A stretch of DNA of 20,000 nt. Source: an uncultured virus (IMG/VR IMGVR_UViG_3300038828_000071) (taxonomy: Duplodnaviria > Heunggongvirae > Uroviricota > Caudoviricetes). This document shows, piece after piece, positions 8,692-15,666 of this stretch (its first letter is position 1; every line of letters starts with the position of its first letter). A program made the translations under genes and the position numbers. The stretch spans positions 58,536-78,535 of the IMG/VR virus record IMGVR_UViG_3300038828_000071. One strand, given 5' to 3'. The notes beneath the pieces were generated by a model that searched no databases, had not been told where the DNA came from, and saw only the letters and a program-made list of their open reading frames with translations.

Positions 8692-9039
8692 CTAAGAAAC
8701 AACCTGCAACAAATCAGCATTCTCAAAAATATTTCCGACAACTTTGTTTAAGTTACCCAGACTATTCGCAAGCGACACAATACGAGTTTCATCATCAAAA
8801 TAGCGACAATACCAAGCGGCTTCATCTTCATTCCAGTAAACAATTTGCAATGCCTTTGTGTCGCAATTTTCAATTATATCTCCTTCGTAAACTTCCGTTC
8901 CGTTTATCTGTGCATCTTCCCTGCCAGTAAATTGCATTACTTCTATTTCAGGATGTTCGTTGTCGTATGGCAAAATTGACCTGTAAACCATTTTTGACAA
9001 TGCCTTGTCGTAAAATCTGAATTTAATTTGTCTGTTCAT
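8692..9039 (-). CDS. Cassette H YopX family protein
   Basis: IKFRFYD...MQFTG...EVYEGDI...VVGNIFEN signature. Cassette ends GTTAGCCGC (8679-8687) / GCGGCTAAC (9066-9074). Confidence 0.9.
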   Translation of the reverse strand: MNRQIKFRFYDKALSKMVYRSILPYDNEHPEIEVMQFTGREDAQINGTEVYEGDIIENCDTKALQIVYWNEDEAAWYCRYFDDETRIVSLANSLGNLNKVVGNIFENADLLQVVS

Positions 9040-9067
9040 TTTTATTGTTGTTGTGAGAAAGGCCAGC

Positions 9068-9163
9068 GGCTAACAGCGGTTTTGCAATAGCCGCCTGACA
9101 GTTCTCGGTTAATAATTAAGTTCATTCTTTGGCGGCCATCGCAAAGCCGCCCAAACGTTAGCG
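9068..9163 (+). repeat. attC-like site 8 (96 bp)
   Basis: Arms GCGGTTTTGCAATAGCCGCC (9076-9095) / GGCGGCCATCGCAAAGCCGC (9131-9150). Confidence 0.88.
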
Positions 9164-9169
9164 GCAACC

Positions 9170-9520
9170 CTAAGAGTGCCACTCGGTAACATCGAACTCC
9201 GATGGAAGTAACCCAAGTTGTTTGCCATTTTCTAAAATAGCAGAAACAGCACCGTAGGAATTAACCCATACATAATACTCACCATCTTTTAAGGCTATGG
9301 TATCTTTTTCAATTCCTAAAATTGGTGCAAATTCCATTAAATCAGGTGTAACAGTTTTAGCCAATTTTACTTTTAAAGGAACTCTACCCCGAAAATTTGC
9401 AGGATATGCAGATCTGCCTTTTCTATCCGATTGCCATTTTAAAGCGGGAGAAGTAAGGGCAGCCGCTAACATCTGCTCATACGTAAGCGGGTTTTTAGTG
9501 GTAATTTCAAGTGTGTTCAT
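9170..9520 (-). CDS. Cassette I hypothetical protein (ATG at 9520 inside site 9)
   Basis: Cassette ends GTTAGCGGC (9157-9165) / GCCGCTAAC (9462-9470). Confidence 0.7.
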   Translation of the reverse strand: MNTLEITTKNPLTYEQMLAAALTSPALKWQSDRKGRSAYPANFRGRVPLKVKLAKTVTPDLMEFAPILGIEKDTIALKDGEYYVWVNSYGAVSAILENGKQLGLLPSEFDVTEWHS

Positions 9521-9595
9521 ATAATTTAAGTTATTAAAGTTTGACAAATTTGTATTTCAAAATCCCCGCCTACGCATAGCAGACGGGCGTTATGC
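9464..9595 (+). repeat. attC-like site 9 (132 bp)
   Basis: Arms TCTGCTCATACGTAAGCGGG (9472-9491) / CCCGCCTACGCATAGCAGA (9565-9583); one extra C in the left arm. Confidence 0.85.
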
Positions 9596-9850
9596 TCCAT
9601 GCCCTCCGACCCTCGTGTTCCAACTTTCAATACAAGTTTTAGCACACCATTCAGCATCGTGCCTTAATGTTGCATCTGTCCTTTCAACCCTACAATGCGA
9701 GCCAGTGCATTTAATTGTAACTTTTCTGCTTTTAGTAGATTTATTTCCTATAAATGTTATCTTAGGCTCGCATCCGCAAAATGGGCACGGGAGCATAACA
9801 TCGGCTAAAAAAACATTGCCGTTATTGTCGCTATATTCAACTTTCTGCAT
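9590..9850 (-). CDS. Cassette J Lar-like (restriction alleviation) zinc-ribbon protein
   Basis: LPCPFCG...C....C...WNTR pattern. Cassette ends GTTATGCTCC (9589-9598) / GGAGCATAAC (9790-9799). Confidence 0.75.
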   Translation of the reverse strand: MQKVEYSDNNGNVFLADVMLPCPFCGCEPKITFIGNKSTKSRKVTIKCTGSHCRVERTDATLRHDAEWCAKTCIESWNTRVGGHGA

Positions 9851-9924
9851 CTTATTTAATTTTAGTTGTTAATGAAAATTTATCTTTATAAATCGGCAAC
9901 GAACGCCAACCGTCAACGTTAGCG
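9793..9924 (+). repeat. attC-like site 10 (132 bp, degenerate pairing)
   Basis: CGG...CATTGCCG pairs partly with CGGCAACG...CCG; correct length and cores. Confidence 0.65.
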
Positions 9925-10128
9925 ACAATTCTTAGCAACTGTAAGAACCCACTTTAGTTGTTCATCATCCAACCATCTGGGATATACTTGTCCAGCCTTT
10001 GTTTCTTTATAACTTTTATTGTATTCAGCGAAAAGTGCATCAATGAATTTTACATCATCAAAAGAACTGTCGCTAACAGCACCTATACCCAATTGGGCAG
10101 TTTCGTTGTTTTTTGAAGTTTCTTCCAT
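9919..10128 (-). CDS. Cassette K hypothetical protein (69 aa)
   Basis: Cassette ends GTTAGCGACA (9918-9927) / TGTCGCTAAC (10068-10077), 15/16 when extended; stop lies in the core. Confidence 0.7.
   Translation of the reverse strand: MEETSKNNETAQLGIGAVSDSSFDDVKFIDALFAEYNKSYKETKAGQVYPRWLDDEQLKWVLTVAKNCR
10071..10105 (+). repeat. Left half of attC-like site 11, right arm missing
   Basis: CGCTAACAGCACCTATACCCAATTGGGCAG resembles the site 1 left arm (TAACAGCACCTAACC); no complementary arm before the GTT at 10288. Confidence 0.6.
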
Positions 10129-10149
10129 TTTATTAAGTTTATTTGTTAT

Positions 10150-10251
10150 TCAATGAATTGAATCTATTACCTCGCCATATACTGAATGAGGCAATCCATA
10201 AATCCAACCATCTGTACCCGCTATTTTTGCTCTAAATTTTATTTGTTTCAT
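10150..10251 (-). pseudogene. Truncated YopX-like N-terminal fragment (33 aa)
   Basis: My translation: MKQIKFRAKIAGTDGWIYGLPHSVYGEVIDSIH*, with the IKFRA...WIYG YopX start. Not in the ORF track. Confidence 0.65.
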
Positions 10252-10307
10252 TTGTTTTGTTTTAAGTTGTTATTCGTTTATGTGTATGTTATGTGCAATA
10301 AATTTTA

Positions 10308-10532
10308 CTACCCTATTGCATAACCAGAATTTTCTTGTTCCGAAACTTCCTTTGGTTTATTAATACCTACACAAGCCAATATCTTTTCAGCAGCATCCCT
10401 ACTTTGCCAAAAATCAGGATGTGCAATTACCCTAATTTCATCATCCTCATAAATAGCACTTATCTGTTCAATTATCTTAATAATTTGCATACGCTTGTGT
10501 ATGTATTTTTTTGTTTTTGTTTTTGTGTCCAT
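10308..10532 (-). CDS. Hypothetical protein (74 aa)
   Basis: ATG ORF following the last GTT core at 10288. Confidence 0.65.
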   Translation of the reverse strand: MDTKTKTKKYIHKRMQIIKIIEQISAIYEDDEIRVIAHPDFWQSRDAAEKILACVGINKPKEVSEQENSGYAIG

Positions 10533-10537
10533 TATTT

Positions 10538-10741
10538 CTATTTATTTAAAATTATACGATTCACTGTACGCGTTTTAAAATGAATTAAATCTTGTTCATA
10601 CTCTCTTTTCATTCTTTCAATTTCCATTTTTTCAATAGGTGGTAAAATGAAATCAGAATTAGATTTAAATATCTTTACATCTTCCCATTTTTTATTGGGT
10701 GCTTTCGATTGAAATACAACTTGGTGAATATATTTATTCAT
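10538..10741 (-). CDS. Hypothetical protein (67 aa)
   Basis: TAATG coupling to the clamp gene. Confidence 0.7.
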   Translation of the reverse strand: MNKYIHQVVFQSKAPNKKWEDVKIFKSNSDFILPPIEKMEIERMKREYEQDLIHFKTRTVNRIILNK

Positions 10742-11844
10742 TATAGTAAAGGCATTAATAATGTAAAATTTTCTGAATCATCAGAATTAATAATAATTGC
10801 ACGATTACCATCGGTGATATTTATATTTACAATTTTAGAATCAATTGCTTTTATACAATTCAAAAATAATTCATGACTAAATGTTTTAGAAATGGCATCA
10901 CCATTAAAAAGTATAAACGGACAATTTACTATTGCACTTTTTGCAAAATCAATATCTAAGCATGAAATATTTAATTCATTATAAATTTTTTCAAATAATA
11001 CTTTTTTAGTATTTGGTAATGCCCATTTAATTCGATTTAATGAATTTATTAATTCATCTTTTTGTACCTTAATAACAGAAACAAACTCTTTAGGAATAAC
11101 AGATTCATAATTTGGAAATTTACCATTTATAAGCCTTGAATAAATTACTGATTTATTTATCTCAAATTTTAAAGTTTGATTATTAAATGACATAATCAAA
11201 TTATCTACTCCTGGTTCTATCAAATTAGTAATTGCAGGAATAGAAGATTTGGGCAATAGCACATTAAATTCTTTTTCTAAATCTAATTTAATTTTTGATA
11301 AAATTAAAACATGTCCATTAGTAGCCACAAATTTTAAATCCTTTTCTTTCGATTCTAAATAAACACCCATCATAGAAGCTCTTAATGGATCATTACCGGT
11401 AAACTTTTCTGATGATAAAAGAATATCAGAAAGAGTTTTTGCATCAATAACAGTTTGATTTTGAAAATCATCATTATTTAATCTTGGAAATAAATTCTCT
11501 GTCATAGTAGCTATTTCAAATGTACCTTTTGAATGCTTAAATACTATTACAAGATTATTCATGAAAACAGATATTTCTTCATTTTTCAATGTTGATAATC
11601 CTTTTTCCAATAATTCATAATTGATTAAAAAGGAAGCTGATTCTTCAGAATCAATATCTTTTGCAACATCGATATTTAATATGATATCAGTTTCTAAATC
11701 AGTTCTCCTAACTGACAAATCGTTTCCTTTTAAATCAAAATGAACACCATTTAGATAATCTAAAGTTGCGCTTAATTTAATTTTATTCGTTTTTTTAATT
11801 GCTTTTAAAAGCGACTCTGAATTTACTTTAAATAAATTTTTCAT
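10741..11844 (-). CDS. dnaN: DNA polymerase III beta sliding clamp
   Basis: 367 aa; RTDLE, VATNGHVL, SRLINGKFPNYESVIP and C-terminal LLMPL. Confidence 0.92.
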   Translation of the reverse strand: MKNLFKVNSESLLKAIKKTNKIKLSATLDYLNGVHFDLKGNDLSVRRTDLETDIILNIDVAKDIDSEESASFLINYELLEKGLSTLKNEEISVFMNNLVIVFKHSKGTFEIATMTENLFPRLNNDDFQNQTVIDAKTLSDILLSSEKFTGNDPLRASMMGVYLESKEKDLKFVATNGHVLILSKIKLDLEKEFNVLLPKSSIPAITNLIEPGVDNLIMSFNNQTLKFEINKSVIYSRLINGKFPNYESVIPKEFVSVIKVQKDELINSLNRIKWALPNTKKVLFEKIYNELNISCLDIDFAKSAIVNCPFILFNGDAISKTFSHELFLNCIKAIDSKIVNINITDGNRAIIINSDDSENFTLLMPLL

Positions 11845-11856
11845 TTGTTGTTTGGT

Positions 11857-13137
11857 TTAAATTGCTATATAGCAGTTATACTTTGCTCTTGTTAAACTCG
11901 TGTATAACGATTGCAATCTCCTTTTGGGAGATATAGGTATCCTATCTGACAACATATCACTAAGATCAATATAAACATTCTTATAAGTACTTCCCTGAGA
12001 TTTATAAGAAGTAATTGCAAATGATGGAGATATGTTTGCGAACTGTTGTTTGAAATCCCAATACTGTTTATACTTTTTATCAGAATAAAGAATCTCACAA
12101 GCTTGTCGATAATCAGCTTCACCATCTTCTGTTGGGATTGGAAATCTTTTTGTAGATCCATTATCATTTACATAAATCATATAAGATTTAATTTGATCAA
12201 CATTAGTTATCATTACATCCTCTATGATATACTCTGATGAATTTTCAATCATTACATTATCATTCTCATTCATATAAGTATCATTAAAGAAAATTACTTC
12301 TCCTTTGATAATTTTAGTTTGAGGATTTTTGTAAATTAAATTTCTCAAAGTATTATTGTGAGCTGCAATAATATTGTTTCGATAACCAATAATCTTATTG
12401 TTTAATAAATCATTACTATAGTTTTCATTGTAGTGGAAATGAATCATATGTTTTGGAAGCACATGAATACCTACTCCATCTTTCAAATGTTCTTTATTTA
12501 AAAGAGCAATGATATTATTTAAATTGCAAGATCCTTGTATTTCTTTTGCAATTTCATTTGCAACAAAAACTATTGGATTATCAGCTTCTTGTCTTACAAC
12601 CTCGGTTAATTCATGACTAAGATTTTCAGACAAATTCATATAAAATACAGGACTATCCAATCCTCTATCTACATTTGATACAATTGGTGGCAATTGGTTC
12701 TTATCGCCAACAAAAATAAATTTTGTAAATATGGATGTTTCCTTATAAAGAATATCAAGCATTTCTTGTGAAAACATTGAACATTCATCAATAATAAAAC
12801 ATTTATTATCATTTTTACAAAGAGCATTTGCAATCTTAAATGGATCAGGTTCAAAAATTCTTTTATCACCTACTATTTTTTCCTTATATCCATATGCTTT
12901 AGCAAATGTAGCTACAGAAGGAATTGAATTTCCTAAAATAGCTTTAGCTTTATGTGAAACTGTAATTCCAATAATACTATCATATGGATTTTTCAATAAA
13001 TGATCTTGTAAAGCAAAACGGAGCATGGTAGTTTTACCATGCCCGGCTGCTCCCGTTATTCTCATTTCTCTATCTGGACCTTGAAGAAATGAAAGTATTT
13101 TGTTTTTCCCGATTTCTTGTGATTCTGTTAAAATCAT
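11857..13137 (-). CDS. SF1B helicase, Dda/RecD-like
   Basis: GAAGHGKT, IIDECSM, VGDKNQLPP, VRQ, TSYKSQGST, YTSLTRA. Confidence 0.92.
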   Translation of the reverse strand: MILTESQEIGKNKILSFLQGPDREMRITGAAGHGKTTMLRFALQDHLLKNPYDSIIGITVSHKAKAILGNSIPSVATFAKAYGYKEKIVGDKRIFEPDPFKIANALCKNDNKCFIIDECSMFSQEMLDILYKETSIFTKFIFVGDKNQLPPIVSNVDRGLDSPVFYMNLSENLSHELTEVVRQEADNPIVFVANEIAKEIQGSCNLNNIIALLNKEHLKDGVGIHVLPKHMIHFHYNENYSNDLLNNKIIGYRNNIIAAHNNTLRNLIYKNPQTKIIKGEVIFFNDTYMNENDNVMIENSSEYIIEDVMITNVDQIKSYMIYVNDNGSTKRFPIPTEDGEADYRQACEILYSDKKYKQYWDFKQQFANISPSFAITSYKSQGSTYKNVYIDLSDMLSDRIPISPKRRLQSLYTSLTRAKYNCYIAI

Positions 13138-14099
13138 TATGCGAAGTTTTTAATTTTGTTTTCTAACCAATCTAAAACTTTTGTATTCATTGCTTTCAAG
13201 CCATTATTAATAACAATACCTTGATTTGTATTCATCTGAATATCATTCAATGATTTCAAAGTATTTTTGTAATGTTCTAACAATAATTTATCTTTTAGAA
13301 TAAGATTATCTTCTTTGTTTACTTCTTTTGAAACTACATCAATAGTAGAAACAACAACTTCAACAACTTTAGATTTTTTTACTTCTTCTAATTCTTTTGA
13401 CATGATTTCAATTTCTGCATCTTTAACCTTTTTTGCAGTAATACATTTATCAAGTAAAAGTTGATATTGTTCTTCCGTTGAATTTATGTTCAAAGAAGTT
13501 ATATCAACAATAGTTGAATAAGGCAATAATGTTCTCTCTCTTTGAGAGAAAATGGTTTGCTTATGCAATAGTTCAGACGCTTCTTTTTCTTTCGCTTTAC
13601 GGTCATTAAAAGCTATTTCGCAAATGTTTTTAAAATTTGCATAATCTTGTTCAGATAAAACTCCTAAATCAATACCCATTAAATTAGCATCAAATTCTTT
13701 AAGTTCATCAAGTCTTTTAACTCTTAATGCTTCTTGCTCTTTTGCTAATTGAATTTGTTTATAATTTTCAATGTCCGCCAAAGTAGATTCCATTTGAGTT
13801 GATCTTGTTTCAATAACTTTAGCTAATGCGTCAATAAATCTACCGGCATTTAAATGATAATCTTTTAAAGATTTTCTAATCTTATCAGTTCCTGTTCTAA
13901 CTTTTACAAGTTTCTTTCTTACTTCACTTGCTTGTTTAGCTGTTTCATCATTTAATTCTGAATTAATTAAATGTTCGTAAACTTTTACAAATCCTTCTAA
14001 TTCCAATTTAGAAGTAACGAAATCTTTTTGAAGCAATGTGCTTTCTTCTTGTGAAAGTTTATATTCTTGTGGATTGATAACTAAATCTGTTGTGCTCAT
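13137..14099 (-). CDS. Coiled-coil phage protein (320 aa)
   Basis: Long K/E-rich helical ORF translationally coupled to the helicase. Confidence 0.8.
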   Translation of the reverse strand: MSTTDLVINPQEYKLSQEESTLLQKDFVTSKLELEGFVKVYEHLINSELNDETAKQASEVRKKLVKVRTGTDKIRKSLKDYHLNAGRFIDALAKVIETRSTQMESTLADIENYKQIQLAKEQEALRVKRLDELKEFDANLMGIDLGVLSEQDYANFKNICEIAFNDRKAKEKEASELLHKQTIFSQRERTLLPYSTIVDITSLNINSTEEQYQLLLDKCITAKKVKDAEIEIMSKELEEVKKSKVVEVVVSTIDVVSKEVNKEDNLILKDKLLLEHYKNTLKSLNDIQMNTNQGIVINNGLKAMNTKVLDWLENKIKNFA

Positions 14100-14290
14100 A
14101 TCTTTATGAATTTTGGTTGTTTTTCAACCGTTGGTTTATACTTATTTTTATTTTTATTTATTTGCCCCTGAACATAATAGCCTGTAAAACCTGCTACTAC
14201 TACAGTTTGAAATATTTGTCTCGTTATTTTTTTCTTAGCCCAGATAGTAACGACTCTACCTGCGGCAACCATTCCTATCCATAGATACAT
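14096..14290 (-). CDS. Small hypothetical, possibly membrane-associated protein (64 aa)
   Basis: ATGA and TAATG overlaps with both neighbours; two hydrophobic stretches. Confidence 0.6.
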   Translation of the reverse strand: MYLWIGMVAAGRVVTIWAKKKITRQIFQTVVVAGFTGYYVQGQINKNKNKYKPTVEKQPKFIKI

Positions 14291-14721
14291 TATGATATAA
14301 TTATTTTAGTGTTGTTATTATCATCATAATCTAATCTCATGGATATTCCAAAAAACTCTTTGGTTTCTTTTAAAACATTTTCTAAAAATGTTTCAAATTG
14401 TTCTTTGCTTAAACTTTCAAATGATATTTTGCAAAGCTCTGGTTCACCGGAATATGCCGTTGCTTGTAATTGCTCCGGTAAAAACTTTTCAAAATGCTTA
14501 TGAACGTCTTTAAACTCATTTCCAGTATCTTCAGCTACTTTAATAACAATAGCATTGTAAAGATTCTTTTGCTTGTCTGTAATGTCATTATTATCTTCTT
14601 CTAAGTAAAGATTATAAACTTTACCATTATCAGTTATTTTCTGTAAAAAAGCATTTAATCTTTTTTCTTGAATACCATTTATAGGTCTTATTTCTTTTGA
14701 TTCAATTATTACTTTAAACAT
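14290..14721 (-). CDS. Putative NinB/Orf-like recombination accessory protein
   Basis: TDKQKNLYNA...VHKHF...SFESLSKEQFETFLENV resembles the NinB pattern; adjacent to the SSB-like gene. Confidence 0.5.
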   Translation of the reverse strand: MFKVIIESKEIRPINGIQEKRLNAFLQKITDNGKVYNLYLEEDNNDITDKQKNLYNAIVIKVAEDTGNEFKDVHKHFEKFLPEQLQATAYSGEPELCKISFESLSKEQFETFLENVLKETKEFFGISMRLDYDDNNNTKIIIS

Positions 14722-14743
14722 AATTTTAAATTAAAGTTTTAAT

Positions 14744-14775
14744 AAAAAAAGGGTGCAAGTAAATCTTACACCCTT
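14744..14775 (-). terminator. Rho-independent terminator after the SSB-like gene
   Basis: Minus strand AAGGGTGTAAG-ATTTA-CTTGCACCCTT followed by a T-run (T7 in total). Confidence 0.8.
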
Positions 14776-14804
14776 ACTCTTTTTTGGTTTACTGTCAATT
14801 AAAA

Positions 14805-15665
14805 TTAAAATGGAAGATCATCAGGAACTGCATTCGGATTAAAAACATTTTCTGGTACATTTTGAAATCCTTGTGCTTGTTGCTGTGGAACAAATTGTGC
14901 TTGTGCAGTAGCTTGTTGAGCCGGAACAGCCTGTTGTTGATTTTGTACCGGTTGTTGAGGTTGTTGAGCTTGCTGTGTTTCTTGTGGAGCAGAAGAATCA
15001 TTGTCGTTGTTCTTTTTAGAAACATATTTTGCAAATTGTCCACCTTTGCTCGCGTGAAGTTTACCTTCTTCAGACTTTTTAATTTTATCCTGCCACCATG
15101 GATAAATCCCTGCAAAATTTTCAGAATCAAATCCAAAACTGATATCAAACAATTGCAAATCATTTGTAAGTACAAATTCATTTTCACGACCGGCAATCAT
15201 TTGCGGCATAAAGGGCATAACGTTTTCAATGTTGGCATAAGTTTTACCACCACTTTCATTATGTACTATATTTACAAGACATGGCTTACCTATATATTCT
15301 GACATGTCTATCGTTTCTGGTTTAGTTACATCGGCACCAAACCCATTTTTCAGAAATGATGCTAAAGTGCTTTTTTGGTTTTTAGCACTGTCCCAATAAA
15401 TATTGTAACCCAATTCACGCCCTAATACATAAGGTGCTTTCTCTTTATCTTCTTTATAAAACAACGCTTTCTCTAATGGAAATTCAAAGCCTAAATAAAT
15501 TTGTGGCTTATTTCCAAATTTTCCTTCTTGTGTTCCAAGATTTATAATTTGGAATAATATCGCAGAATGTAATCCGGCTGATAGCGGTTTTAAATCTGGA
15601 TGTTTCTCTTTTTTACCTCCTGTTGATGGTGGTGTTGCGAATTTTTGTGATGATGTTGGATTCAT
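14805..15665 (-). CDS. Putative single-stranded DNA-binding protein
   Basis: Beta-rich N-terminal domain, Q/P-rich disordered linker, acidic DDLPF C-terminus typical of SSBs. Confidence 0.7.
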   Translation of the reverse strand: MNPTSSQKFATPPSTGGKKEKHPDLKPLSAGLHSAILFQIINLGTQEGKFGNKPQIYLGFEFPLEKALFYKEDKEKAPYVLGRELGYNIYWDSAKNQKSTLASFLKNGFGADVTKPETIDMSEYIGKPCLVNIVHNESGGKTYANIENVMPFMPQMIAGRENEFVLTNDLQLFDISFGFDSENFAGIYPWWQDKIKKSEEGKLHASKGGQFAKYVSKKNNDNDSSAPQETQQAQQPQQPVQNQQQAVPAQQATAQAQFVPQQQAQGFQNVPENVFNPNAVPDDLPF

Positions 15666-15666
15666 T

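Larger units (their letters stand above)
5611..10296 (+). mobile_element. Integron-like gene cassette array, 11 cassettes, no integrase in window (CALIN-like)
   Basis: 11 units, each with perfectly complementary 9-10 bp ends (GTT... / ...AAC), separated by attC-like hairpins. GTT positions: 5611, 6018, 6519, 6881, 7310, 7590, 8132, 8679, 9157, 9589, 9918, 10288. Confidence 0.88.

Noticed and set aside
5611..10077. Shufflon-type invertible segments or MITEs, since each unit has inverted ends
   Set aside because: All ORFs share one orientation, no target-site duplications, invertase or transposase are visible, and the intervening hairpins with GTT/AAC cores fit cassettes better. Not formally excluded.
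5611..10296. CRISPR array or simple REP/terminator repeats
   Set aside because: Repeats are not identical, the intervening units are whole genes of 280-547 bp, and no cas genes are present. Terminators or REPs would not explain the cassette-specific complementary ends.
11892..15196. Alternative-frame minus ORFs 11892..12167, 12669..12869 and 14795..15196
   Set aside because: Nested within or almost fully overlapping the helicase or SSB-like genes; the last results from the low-complexity Q-rich linker.
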